From NCBI GenBank assembly GCA_951406725.2, contig OX597815.1, positions 65,286,001-65,350,000 of the forward strand: 64,000 nt of DNA, written 5' to 3'. Below are positions 1-12,527 of this stretch, one piece after another. Source of the stretch: Octopus vulgaris (taxonomy: Eukaryota). Numbering within the stretch: position 1 is the stretch's first letter; every line of letters begins with the position of its first letter. The notes below the pieces were generated by a model. It did not search any database, was not told the origin of the DNA, and saw only the letters and a program-made list of their open reading frames with translations. Both the position numbers and the translations under genes were made by a program.

Positions 1-256
1 AATATTATAACAAAATGATAAAAAATTTTTTTGAATACTTTTGAGGATATATATATGTAACAAAACAGGAAGCTGGAAGATTTATTTGTATTATTTAGTC
101 ACCTGTTTTATTTGTTGATAAGAATTAAAGAGTTTCACATGTTAGATAGACATGTAAGGAATTTCCTATCAGAAATTCTTCAGTCTGATGTGTACATGTG
201 CAAACTTGTGTGTGTGCATATGTATGTACATGTCTGTGTATATGTATATATAAATA

Positions 257-311
<55 letters not shown>

Positions 312-1044
312 ATATGCATGTATGTGTATGTATGTGTTTACTTATGTATGTGTGTGTATAACTCACTCTCTTTCGTTTTCCTGTAATATTTGATTTGCTC
401 TTTCTTCTTTTGCCTCAATTATCTATACTCTCCTGCTGTGGTGGCTTGTGTGTAAGCACTGTGGAACTGCAGCATCCTTTATTTCCACTTGATATTATCA
501 ATAACATTCGATATATTGAGTCCTTTTTTTCTTTCATTCTTTCTTTATACTTGTACATTATATAATCCTTAAGCTTAATGTCAGTAGCTATCCCCTAGTT
601 TATGAAAAAAATGCAAAAATCCTTGCATAGAACTGTACACTCCACATTTATAGTGATGTAGTGTTTGGCTGTTGTGTGCATGCACACATGTTCAAGATAG
701 GAAGCTACATGCTAGGGAGAGAGAGCACTGTGGTTCATGCAGTGCTGACTTTGGTATACTAATGAAAGGTAGGGTTTCTTTTTGACTCTGTATGTGTTGT
801 GGTTAAAAACGGGTTTATATTCTTGAATGTGATAAAGTTTAGAATTAGATTATTATCCTGTTGCTGCCAGGATTTGAAAAATAGCACAGATTTCCACACA
901 CACCTCACCTCTTATTTTGTGATTTAGGGAAAATTTTTGAAAAACAAAGGGGAATTCACAGTGGTGTTCAGTGAACAAATTAAACACACTACCCAGCAGT
1001 GGCTAAAACGTGAACCTATCAAGTTTATGTATTAATTTTCTAAT

Positions 1045-1140
1045 TACTAGGCTTACAAAGAATAAGTCCTGGGGTCGATTTGCTCGACTAAAGGCAGTGC
1101 TCCAACATGGCTGCAGTCACATGACTGAAACAAGTAAAAG
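1045..1140 (+). mobile_element. 3' fragment of abundant tRNA-derived SINE (family A)
   Basis: Matches the 3' tail seen at about 42050-42155 and 58150-58250 (gcttacaaagaataagtcc..ggggtcgatttgctcgactaaagg..atgactgaaacaagtaaaag). Confidence 0.8.
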
Positions 1141-1699
1141 CGTTATGTTTGTTTCTTTTATACAATATTAAAACAACACCTAAAAATTTTCTGAAGCAGC
1201 ACCCCCCCCCCACTAATTTTATCTATGAGCTGCCACTGCTCTCCTGATTACTAATTAAATGTAAATGCTTCATCCAAATGTAAAATTTGTACTATTTAAA
1301 TCTTTGAAGAATTTCTAATAGGAAATTCCTTACATGTCTGTAATTCATAGTAGCAAATGAAACATATGTGATGGGGACTAAATAATACCAATAGATTTTC
1401 CAACTTCCTTTTTATTATACAATAACTCTGCTTACAATATTTCCAGAATTATCAGCTCTAATATGTACCTTGCAACTAAAACAACAATGACAGCAACTAC
1501 ATACAGGATTATAATGGTGGAATAAGCATGTGCTTCAATATGAAACGGTTGGGATTTTACCCTACCTACATAATGTGTGTGTGTGTGTTCACGTATGTGT
1601 GTGTGTGTGAATATGTGTGGAGACTAGGTGTAGATGAATGATTTGTGTGGGAAGTATAAGGATGTAGCAAGTAAAATAAGTGTTGACAATGATTTCAGT

Positions 1700-2755
1700 A
1701 ATGAATTTAGCATTATGTAGGAGTCCATCAAGGTTCAGTCCTCAGTCATCTTGTATTCATCATAAAACTACAGGCTGATACAGAGAAGTTTAAGACTGAC
1801 TGTTCACAGGAACTCCTAAATGCTGGTAACCAAGCCCTAATAGTTAAATTCTAGGGGAATTAGAGAAAAAATTCCAGTTATGGAAGCTAAACCTGGAATT
1901 GAGAGGCCTTCAAGTAAACCTAGCGAAAATAGAGGTTTTTGTAAGTAGAAAAGAAGAGAGGACCCAGGTACCTTCAGGGGTATGGCCTGTCTCAATATGC
2001 AGAAAAAGAGTAGGTATAAACTTCATATGCTATACTTAATGTAAGCTATAAGTGCATAAGAGATGTAATAGAATCACTGGCAGATTATCTGAAAATTTAA
2101 GCTTCTTATGCAATAAATGCATGGAGCAGTTCATAGAAGCACATCAGAAACTGATTCTCTTTAATGCACTGATGATTTACTAGAAGTAGTTGATAGCCTG
2201 CGTTACCTAGGAAATGTAATTTACAAAGGAAGCATTTGCTCTGAAAGTATTGTAGCTAGAGTAAGAACTGACTGGGGAGCTGCTACCACTGTTGGTAACA
2301 AAGATCTTTCTCCTTAGAGTGAAGGGCAGATTGTATGATGATTGTGTTAGAATTGAAATGCCACATGGCAGTGAAACACAGGCCTAGAATACAGAGAACT
2401 TGAGTAGAACTGGAAAGAAATGAAGTGAGAATGCTCTGCTGGATGTGCAATGTGAGTGTGTGTGAATGAATTAGTACAAAGATACTGAGAGAAAAACTGG
2501 GCATAAGAGGTATCAGAGGTCATGTACAAGAAAGGAGGCTGCACTGGTATGAACATGTGATACATATAGGAGAGGACAGCTGTATAAAGAAGTGCCAATC
2601 GTTTCATATGGCAGGAACTTACAAAAGAAGGAGACTTAAGAAGATAAATGAAGAAGTGGTGAAGGCTGACCTCAGGACTCAAAGCCACATGGAAGAGATG
2701 GCAAAGACTGAAATCTCTGGGAATATAAGGTTCTTGAAAAGACCTGCCCTCCTCG
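1700..2755 (+). mobile_element. Decayed, 5'-truncated RTE-clade LINE (RT and thumb region)
   Basis: Encodes VGVHQGSVLS, then frameshifted matches along its length to the intact ORF at 61891-62835 (ELLPLLVTK, LRVKGRLYD, VQERRL.W). Confidence 0.9.
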
Positions 2756-2907
2756 GTGAAACTGATTTCTGGAAGCACTACATATAATGTGTATTGTGCT
2801 CTCCACCCATGCTACAGTGACTAACTTCCACCCTTGAATTGAATTTCCTTCCATCATGCACTATACCTGCCTCTTCCCCCACTGGCTCCTGCTAACTAAC
2901 TAACTGT

Positions 2908-2977
<70 letters not shown>

Positions 2978-3764
2978 TCGTCCTTGCCTTGTCAGCTGCA
3001 TCATATTTACTATTTTGTAACTCACCCCAACCCACTCTCTTTTGTATACTTCTATCTTCCCTAACTCATGGTTCATTGTTCATCTACTTACCCAAATTTT
3101 ACAGTCTGTCTCCCCATCCCCTCATCTTCTGCTCCCCATAGAATCTTGCAAACCACCTGTCCACCTATTCACTACTTATGGGAGTTGATGGCCTTCTGGG
3201 AGCCACCTGGGCACCTCATAGTCATTATTTCTTGCTAGAAATAGAGGGACAGGAACAGGTGTCTTGTAGGGGAGGTACGTTGAATAGAGAGGGAAAATAG
3301 CAGTGAAGATGTGCCAGAAAGAGTTATCCGGAAGGTGACTAAAAGAAAAGTTGTTTGGATGAGTAAGTTTGTGACAATGTAAGAGAGGTAAATGGATAGA
3401 GTGGAGTGCAGTGGGTGGTGAATATGGTTGGAGACATGTTCATTCATGAATATCAGTTGGAGAAGAAAGTGGAGGAAGTATGAGAGGGTGATCAAGAGAG
3501 ATGTACAGTGCTAGGGATTAGATCAGAGGTATAAAAGGGTGGAATTAGTGGGAACAAACAGGTAGTTGGTGGTAGTGGTGGTGGTGGTGGTGGTGGTGGT
3601 GGTGGGGGAGGTTGCCATTGACAGAATGAGGGAACATGCAGTAGAATGGGGAAATGTTCATTGGAAAATAAGGTCACAAGGGATGATATTGAGTGAGGCC
3701 ACATTTTTGCTTAGATGAACTGGTCTTTTCAATCACAGCAAATTGCTAATGTATCTTTTATCCT

Positions 3765-4215
3765 TTACCTTTTACTTGTTTCAGTCATTAGATCATGGCC
3801 ATGCTGGGGCACTGCCTTGAGGAATTTTAGTTAACAAACCCTAGTACTTATTTATTTAAGCCTGGTACTTATTCTATCAGTCACTTTTGCCAAACTGCTA
3901 TGTTATGAGAATATATGTTTCTTTATTACCTACAAGGGGCTAAACATAGAGGGGACAAACAAGGGCAGACAAACAAATTAAGTCGATTACATCGACCCCA
4001 GTGCGTAACTGGTACTTAATTTATCAACCCCGAAAGGATGAAAGGCAAAGTCGACTTCGGCGGAATTTGAACTCAGAACGTAACGGCAGACGAAATACGG
4101 CTACGCATTTCGCCTGGCGTGCTAACGGTTCTGCCAGCTCGCCGCCTTTATGTTATGAGAATATAAACACACCAACACCTGTAGTCAGGTAGTGTTAGGG
4201 GACAAAAATGCACAT

Positions 4216-4253
<38 letters not shown>

Positions 4254-4440
4254 ACACACACACACATATACATATAAAAATATATACACATGACAGGCTT
4301 CTTTAAGTTTCCATCTATCAAATCCATTCACAAAATTTTTTATGCTTGAGGTTATAGTAAAAAACATTGCACAAGGTACCATGAAATGGAACTGAACCTG
4401 AAACCATGTGGTTGGAAGCAAACTTCTTACTACACAGCCA
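3765..4440 (-). mobile_element. Family A tRNA-derived SINE with internal (CA)n, interrupted by a younger SINE
   Basis: Collinear with the copies at 19397-19818 and 34541-34953; split at 3916-4148. Confidence 0.8.
3916..4148 (-). mobile_element. tRNA-derived SINE with Nin/Deu-type central domain and 17-bp target-site duplication
   Basis: Minus strand reads ggcggcgagctggcagaa (A-box-like) .. gagttcaaattcc (B box) .. gcctttcatcctttcggggttgataaattaagtaccag. TSD tatgttatgagaatata at 3899-3915 and 4149-4165. Confidence 0.88.
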
Positions 4441-5012
4441 CATCATCATCATCATCATCATTTAATGTCTCTTTTCCATACTGGCATTTTGTGTGCGCAT
4501 GCATGTGTTTGTGTGTGTATGTGCGTGTGTATGTGTGTAGTAAAGCATGACCCAGTGGACACACATGCTTACTATGGATAAATCAGGTAGGGTGTGTAAT
4601 GGAGATATCTGGTGCACAGTTTGGTTGCCAGATATTGCAGCTACATACAGAGGTGAGAGAAGGTGTGTTGGGGCAAATCACTTAATTTCCCTTAATAGTC
4701 CTCACTGTGTGTGTGTGTGTGTGTGCATATATGTTTGTGTATGTTTGTTTGTGTGTGCATATGTGTATCTGTGTGTGTTTGTGTGCGTTTGTCTGTGTCA
4801 GTGTATGTATATGTTTGTGTATATGTGTGTATGCAAGTGTATGTGTGTGTGTGTGCAAGTGTGTGCATGTGTGTGCAAGCATATGTTTATGTGTGTGTGT
4901 ATGTGCATGTATGTGTATTTGAGCATATGTGTATGTGTGTACATGTTTATGTACATGTATGTATCTATGTGCATGTGTGTGTGCCTATATCTGCATCTGT
5001 ATATAATGGAAG

Positions 5013-5051
<39 letters not shown>

Positions 5052-5859
5052 CTTTCTTCCAAACATTTACAGTTTAAATCTATTTTCACTCATTCCCATC
5101 TATTTATATTTTGTTGTTGGAGAAGATTTGATTTTGATTCAAATAAAGACTGTATTATTTGAATATTTGGTGATTCTGTTAATAATTTTGGCAGTATAAC
5201 CTCTGGCTTATCTATGTTTACCTCAATATAGTTTGACAAATAGTCAAAAGTAAATATTTTTGAAAGTATGCATCTGCCTAAAAAAAAGGGGTTTTCAAAG
5301 CATTTCAATGAAGCATTTAGTCAATAGAGCCAAATGAAAGTCTCACCTCCAAAACCGCCCTCACAGGACAACTTTATAATCTTTACCACCAATACTATTT
5401 TACCTCATCCCACACCATATCATCACCACCACAACCACCACTCTTTCCACCATCATCATAATCATCATCATAATGACCACCATCACCATCACCATCACCC
5501 CATGATCAGCATTATCATCACCAAAACCACCACCACCATCATCATCATCATCACCATCACCAACACCAACACCAACAGCAGCAGCAGCACCACCACCACC
5601 ACCACCACTACAGCCACCACCATCATCATCGTCGTCATCATCATCATCATCATTTTAATACTTGCATGTTTGTATAGAATGGAAGGAGTTTATTGAGGTA
5701 AATTTCCTATGGTCGGATACCCTCATACTCTTCATGCACCATCCCTCACCTGTTTCCTCATGGTCAGATATGTCTCTGCATAATATTAGAAATGGATGAC
5801 AACAATTACATGAAGTCAAGACAAACAGACATAAACATACACACATTCATAAATGCATA

Positions 5860-5996
5860 GATACATACATACATACATACATACATACTACGTACAAACC
5901 TAAATACATGCATACACACATTCATTCATACAAACATACATGCATACATACAAACATACATACATACATACATACATACATACATACATACATACA

Positions 5997-6030
<34 letters not shown>
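5860..6030 (+). repeat. (TACA)n microsatellite
   Basis: Direct reading. Confidence 0.95.
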
Positions 6031-6031
<1 letters not shown>

Positions 6032-6327
6032 GCACATGCATACATATGCAGATGTCTAGACATGCAACTATATGCATGAGGATACATACATGAAAGAAAA
6101 CAAATAAATCTGCATGTGCACTAACTCCAAATACTGCACACATACACACATACATGCACAAATACCCTATTGATGTTGTTGACATTCCAATGAAGCCTTG
6201 AATTTAGGTTAGAAACTGAGTTTTTCTCTATTAGTAAGAAATCTTGAAATAAAACTGAATAATGACATACATACATACATATATACATGCATAAATACAT
6301 ATGCACACACACACACACACACACAAT

Positions 6328-6475
6328 AGTTTCCATCTTCCAAATCTACTCACAAAGCATTGGTAGGCCTAGGGCTATAACTGAAGACACTTGACCAAGG
6401 TACTGTGCAGCAGAACAGAACCTGAAACTATGTGGTCAGGAAGCAAGCTTCTTACCACACAGCCATGCCTGTGCT
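6328..6475 (-). mobile_element. 5' half of family A SINE
   Basis: Homologous to 34800-34953. Confidence 0.7.
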
Positions 6476-8249
6476 GAATGATTATTGTTTTGAAATAGCC
6501 TCAGCTCTCCTTAAACACTCAGCTAGTGATTAGCAGGTACAGTACAGACCTTACACTCAGGAGATGTCATATTTTGGTTGATACTGAAAACATATTTCAT
6601 GAATGGTATCTAACCATAGAAAAACTGCCTCAATAAACTCTGTCAACCCCGTCAGGCATGGGAAAGTGGAACAATAAAATGACAATGATGATGACAGTGA
6701 TGAAGTTGATGAAAAGCTACACCACTATCTAAAAATCTCTGATTCTATTTTAATATTGCTATATTAAAACAATCATTTTTTTATTCTCTTTCACATTTAT
6801 TAAGTATTTGATATCTGTTTGTGATATTCTCAATGATATTAGCTCTTGCATATAAATGGTTGTGTCTGCAATAAAGATGTTTCATGCAGATAATAACTGT
6901 AGCATATTTCTTGCTGCAAACATCACCATCATCTTTAAACCAAATCTACCCTTAACTTTAACCCTGACTTATAGCAATTAACAGGAGGATACAAAGAAGA
7001 GTGACCGTCTAGTGATAACCAAATGCATATAAACACAAGTTTGTTTATACTGGGATATATTTAGTATTATTAAATTTTGCTTCAATTCAAAAACATTTTT
7101 TGTTTCTATTTCTTTTAGCATTTTATCTCTTGGAGCAATATAGACTGTGGGCTACCATTTTTGCACCCTTGGACTAAGAGGAAGATTAAATTCCTGAATA
7201 ACTTCTCTATATTACATCATTTACATATCAACTCAGGGATTTTTCATCCATACTCAACAGAGTATAGGAAAAAGTATGATGAACACAAGATGCAATTTAT
7301 ATAATTCGTTCCCAACATATGTTTCCCCATAGTAGCTAGATGCATCCTTAGCAGTGGGTGTTTCAGGTACAATTGGACACTAAACCTGAACTGTTCATCA
7401 GTTCATAAACTGTATCTTGTGTTTATCCTATTTTGTCCTATATTTGCTGTGTATATCATAATCAGTATATACTGAGTACAGTAGTAACCAGTAGTAACCA
7501 CACCACTATACAGAAAGTAAACTGAATGAAGATACTCTTCATTGATATGTAGAACTTTCAACTCACCAGTAGCTGTCATACATATAACTGTACACACAAG
7601 ATAGTGTGTGTGTGTGTGTATGTTTCTGTGCGTGCATGCATGCATGCGTGGTTTTGTTATTTATGCTAGCGCACCCACAAGCGTAAATAATAAAACTACA
7701 TACACCTATACTCGCATGCACATGCATACACACATGTGTGTGTGTATAAACAGCCGAAATCTGCGATGATGAATCGGTTTCTGACTGAAGAAGGATCTAC
7801 AATATAGGATTTCTTCAATTACAATTTACCTAGCATTTTTAAGAGTACAATGCATCGCGTCATGCCAGGTCCAGTTTTTAAAATTTAAACTCCAATTAAG
7901 CAAAATTTACAGAAAAGTCACATTCTGGTGTGTGTGTCAAATGCTTTTCTTAGTCTGGTTTACACCACACGCAAACGCACACACACAGTGGGCAACGGAT
8001 AAAATGAAACTAATTCACTTACTGTAGTGAGTGATTCTTTCACTCTGCCTCCCACTTCCTCTTTCCACACATAGACACGCAAATATATAAATAAAATTGT
8101 AAGCTAACGTGCGTGTGTGTGAGTGTGTGTTTGTGTGTGTGCGCGTGTGTGTGTGTGTGAGGGTGTGTGTGTGTGTGTGCGTGTGCGTGAGTGTGTGACA
8201 GGAAAGTTCTTTACGACGAATATAAGACCTATATCCAAGTAGCAGAAAG

Positions 8250-8515
8250 ATAAGACAGTAAGGTGTGATTTGAGGGAGATTTGGCTGCTATTTCTACCAT
8301 GTCTAGCTGCCATGTAGGGGTCTCCCTCATAGGCTCATACATACATATATACATAGATAAGACAGTAAGGTGTGATTTGGGGGAAATTTGGCTGCTATTT
8401 CTACCAGGTCTAGCTACCATGTAGAGGTCCCCCTCATTGGCTCATATATATATACATACATAAGACAGTAAGGTGTGATTTGAGGGAGATTTGGCTGCTG
8501 TTTCTACCAGGTCTG
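8250..8515 (+). repeat. Three tandem units of about 105 bp (ataagacagtaaggtgtgatttg..); second array at about 10295-10560
   Basis: Unit starts at about 8250, 8357 and 8460. The motif also occurs dispersed near 24200-24270 (-) and 49950-50000 (+). Confidence 0.85.
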
Positions 8516-8875
8516 TTAGGCCTTCTCATGTAAACTCAAGCTTTCTCATGCCTTGAACATAAGACCAAAGCAGAGAGTGTATTCTTTTATTCTTCTGCTT
8601 TTTCCAGCCATTGGTCTGTGGCCATGCTGGGGCAATGCCTTGAAGAATTGTAGTTTAATGAATCAACTCCAGTTTTATTTTTGTAAGCATTGTACTTATT
8701 CTATCTGTTTCCTTTGTCAAACCACTAGGTGACAGGGATGTAAACAAACCAACATTCGTTGTCAAGCAGTGGTGGAGGACAATCACAAGCACAGACACGC
8801 ACACACACACATACATGCATACACATATACACACATACATACATACATACATATATATATATGTGTGTATATATA

Positions 8876-9135
8876 TTGCAGCGTGGAAGGTGTTTGTAAG
8901 CCATTTAAGAAACACACAAAAAGCGTTAGATTCACTTCAAACATTTAAATTTAATTTGCCAAAATATTTTCGTCGCTTTGAGACCGTGACCTGTTCACTG
9001 ACAAAAATATCGTGCTAACAGGTCGCGGTCTCAAAGCGAGGAAAATATTTTGACAAATTAAATTTAAATGTTGAAGTGAATCTAACGGTTTTTGTGTGTT
9101 TCTTAAATGGCTTATAAACACCTTCAACGCTGCAA
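8876..9135. repeat. Foldback: 120-bp inverted arms with 21-nt spacer (second copy 10919-11174)
   Basis: ttgcagcgtggaaggtgtttgtaagcc..cctgtt pairs with aacagg..ggcttataaacaccttcaacgctgcaa. Confidence 0.93.
8955..9005 (-). ncRNA. Hammerhead-like motif with G3/C8 swapped core (copy 1)
   Basis: UUUGUCA-GUGAACA-G-GUCAC ggucucaaa GCGAC-GAA-AAUAUU-U-UGGCAAA; one mismatch in stem II. Confidence 0.5.
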
Positions 9136-9297
9136 CTGTTTTCGTTCCAGCACACGATCTCAGATCAAGTCACTTGCTATGCAAGTACATCTCTGTAACT
9201 ATATATATATTTATATATATATATATATGTATATTGGTAAAAACAGTAAGATAACAAAAGAAAGAAAGAGACCTCAATATTATGTAAATAGAGGAAA

Positions 9298-9692
9298 TCT
9301 TTATATATAAAAGTGAGGTTGTGTGTCTGTCTCCTACGATTTAGATTCCTAACTACTCCCACATTTTGCGGTGCAGTTTAACCAAAACCGGGTATCTTAT
9401 AGTCGTGATTCATATCGAGACCGTCTGGGTATTAGCGCGCGTCTACGATGAGTCTACGATTTAAAAAAAAATTTACCATCAATTTTTCCCATTTTTAATC
9501 CATTTTTGACATATATAAGGGAAGTAACTCTCTAAAATTTATTATTAAATCTCAGAACGTAAAAAGCTACAGTAACACCCCTCCCCCTTTGTGGTTAGCC
9601 ATATTGAGATGGCTATCATACTTTACATCTCTAAAAATGCTTATATAATTATTTCCCTTACAAACCCGAGCAACGCCGGGCGATACTGCTAG
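9298..9692 (+). mobile_element. Non-autonomous Helitron (about 395 bp)
   Basis: A|TC start (tctttatatataaaag), subterminal hairpin cccgagcaacgccggg, CTAG|T end. Confidence 0.88.
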
Positions 9693-10995
9693 TCTTATTA
9701 TAAAAGGCAGATTTTATCTGCCTCCCTTTGTCAGTTATAGAAATCTACAATATAGGATTTCTTCAATTACAATTTACCTAGCATTTTTAAGAGTAGAATG
9801 CATCGAGTCATGCCAGCTCCAGTTTTTAAAATTTAAACTCCAATTAAGCAAAATTTACAGAAAACTCACATTCTGGTGTGTATGTCAAATACTTTTCTTA
9901 ATGTGGTTTACACCACATGCACACGCACACACACAGTGTGCAACGAATAAAATGAAAGTAATTCAGTCTGTGTGTTGACAGGTAGACAATAGAATGCGAT
10001 GGCGATGTAATATTTGTTTCTGTCTATCACGCTGATAGATACATGAGTAAAATGTATAGGAAGGTAAGAGATAAGAGTGAGTGAAAATGTTCTTGGAAGA
10101 GAGTAAATAGCGAGAGTGATTTGAGGAAGACTTTACATTACACGCTGATAGATACATGAGTAAAATGCATGGCAAGCTAAGAGATAAGAGTGAGTGAAAA
10201 TGTTCTTGGAAGAGAGTAAATAGCGAGAGTGATTTGAGGAAGACTTTACATTAAATAACCGTAATGGCTTGTATATATATATATATATACATACATAAGA
10301 CAGTAAGGTGTGATTTGAGGGAGATTTGGCTGCTATTTCTATCATGTCTATCTGCCATGTAGGGGTCTCCCTCATAGGCTCATACATACATATATACATA
10401 GATAAGACAGTAAGGTGTGATTTGGGGGAAATTTGGCTGCTATTTCTACCAGGTCTAGCTACCATGTAGAGGTCCCCCTCATTGGCTCATATATATATAC
10501 ATACATAAGACAGTAAGGTGTGATTTGAGGGAGATTTGGCTGCTGTTTCTACCAGGTCTGTTAGGCCTTCTCATGTAAACTCAAGCTTTCTCATGCCTTG
10601 AACATAAGACCAAAGCAGAGAATGTATTCTTTTATTCTTCTGCTTTTTCCAGCCATTGGTCTGTGGCCATGCTGGGGCAATGCCTTGAAGAATTGTAGTT
10701 TAATGAATCAACTCCAGTTTTATTTTTGTAAGCATTGTACTTATTCTATCTGTTTCCTTTGTCAAACCACTAGGTGACAGGAATGTAAACAAACCAACAT
10801 TCGTTGTCAAGCAGTGGTGGAGGACAATCACAAGCACAGACACACACACACACACATACATGCATACACATATACACACATACATACATACATATATATA
10901 TATGTGTGTATATATATATTGCAGCGTGGAAGGTGTTGTAAGCCATTTAAGAAACACACAAAAACCGTTAGATTCACTTCAACATTTAAATTTAA

Positions 10996-11046
10996 TTTGC
11001 CAAAATATTTTCGTCGCTTTGAGACCGCGACCTGTTCACTGACAAA
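10996..11046 (-). ncRNA. Hammerhead-like motif with G3/C8 swapped core (copy 2)
   Basis: UUUGUCA-GUGAACA-G-GUCGC ggucucaaa GCGAC-GAA-AAUAUU-U-UGGCAAA; stems I and II fully pair. Confidence 0.58.
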
Positions 11047-11246
11047 AATATCGTGCTAACAGGTCGCGGTCTCAAAGCAGAAAATATTTTGACAAATTAA
11101 ATTTAAATGTTGAAGTGAATCTAACAGTTTTTGTGTGTTTCTTAAATGGCTTATAAACACCTTCAACGCTGCAACTGTTTTCGTTCCAGCGCACGATCTC
11201 AGATCAAGTCACTTGCTATGCAAGTACATCTCTGTAACTATATATA

Positions 11247-11283
<37 letters not shown>

Positions 11284-11346
11284 TGGTAAAAACAGTAAGA
11301 TAACAAAAGAAAGAAAGAGACCTCAATATTATGTAAATAGAGGAAA

Positions 11347-11741
11347 TCTTTATATATAAAAGTGAGGTTGTGTGTCTGTCTCCTACGATTTAGATTCCTA
11401 ACTACTCCCACATTTTGCGGTGCAGTTTAACCAAAACCGGGTATCTTATAGTCGTGATTCATATCGAGACCGTCTGGGTATTAGCGCGCGTCTACGATGA
11501 GTCTACGATTTAAAAAAAAATTTACCATCAATTTTTCCCATTTTTAATCCATTTTTGACATATATAAGGGAAGTAACTCTCTAAAATTTATTATTAAATC
11601 TCAGAACGTAAAAAGCTACAGTAACACCCCTCCCCCTTTATGGTTAGCCATATTGAGATGGCTATTATACTTTACATCTCTAAAAATGCTTATATAATTA
11701 TTTCCCTTACAAACCCGAGCAACGCCGGGCGATACTGCTAG
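11347..11741 (+). mobile_element. Non-autonomous Helitron, copy of 9298-9692
   Basis: A|TC..hairpin..CTAG|T, nearly identical to 9298-9692. Confidence 0.88.
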
Positions 11742-11752
11742 TATATATATAA

Positions 11753-11808
<56 letters not shown>

Positions 11809-11823
11809 GTATATAATATATAA

Positions 11824-12245
11824 TCGAAATCGATCAATGGAAATTGCAGATGTGTTACCAGTGCCGGTGGCATGTAAGAGAACCTTCCGTTTCGCGACCG
11901 TTGCCGGCACCGCCCCGACTGGCCTTGTGCCGATGGCACGTAAAAAGCACCATCCGTTCGTGTCCATTGCCAGCCTCGCCTGGCTCTCGTGCCGGTGGCA
12001 CATAAAAAGCACCATCCGTTCATGGCCGTTTGCCAGCTCTGTCTGGCACCTGTGCAGGTGGCACGTAAAAAGCACCCACTACACTCACGGAGTGGTTGGC
12101 GTTAGGAAGGGCATCCAGCCATAGAAACACTGCCAGATTTGACTGGGCCTGATGAAGCCTTCCGGCTTCACAGACCCCAGTAGAACCGTCCAACCCATGC
12201 TAGCATGGAAAACGGACGCTAAACGATGATGATGATGATGATGAT
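11824..12245 (+). mobile_element. RTE LINE 3'UTR fragment with internal ggcacgtaaaaagcacc repeats and (GAT)n tail
   Basis: Same 3' end as the RTE at 61361-61890 (ttaggaagggcatccagc..aacccatgctagcatggaaaacggacg..gatgat). Confidence 0.88.
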
Positions 12246-12444
12246 AGCTGAATGAATTATCTTATTAAGGATAATTCGAATTAACCGATACCTGGGTAGC
12301 AAATTCATATCAGAAAAAACACGGTTGAAGTTATGTGCCTAGGGCATAGATTACGTGCTTTCGTGTGGCAATTTGTTTGTTTATTTTAAAAATATAAATA
12401 TATGAAAGAATGGAGCTGAACGACGAATTAACAAAATTCCTTTA

Positions 12445-12527
12445 TTTTCGACATATGTTTCGAAGGCTGCATATTCCTAATTGCGAAGGAATAAGGAGTA
12501 CATTATGCAGCTTTCTCATCAGGAGAA
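12445..12527 (-). ncRNA. Type I hammerhead ribozyme
   Basis: uucuc-CUGAUGA-GAAAGCUGCAUA..UAUGCAGCCUUC-GAAAC-AUAU-GUC-gaaaa. Confidence 0.82.

Larger units (their letters stand above)
7795..11741 (+). repeat. Near-identical tandem duplication of a unit of about 2 kb (7795-9692 and 9693-11741), each copy ending in a Helitron 3' terminus
   Basis: atctacaatataggatttc at 7795 and 9743. Shared SINE pieces, foldback and terminal Helitron. The copies differ mainly at about 8015-8250 versus 9965-10295. Confidence 0.92.

Noticed and set aside
112-393. Many ORFs rich in YI, CV, HT, poly-H, poly-T or poly-I (here and throughout)
   Set aside because: Translations of (TA)n, (TG)n, (TACA)n and trinucleotide microsatellites; no coding evidence.
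8250-8515. Regularly spaced repeats resembling a CRISPR array
   Set aside because: The spacers are also repeated, the context is eukaryotic and there are no cas genes.
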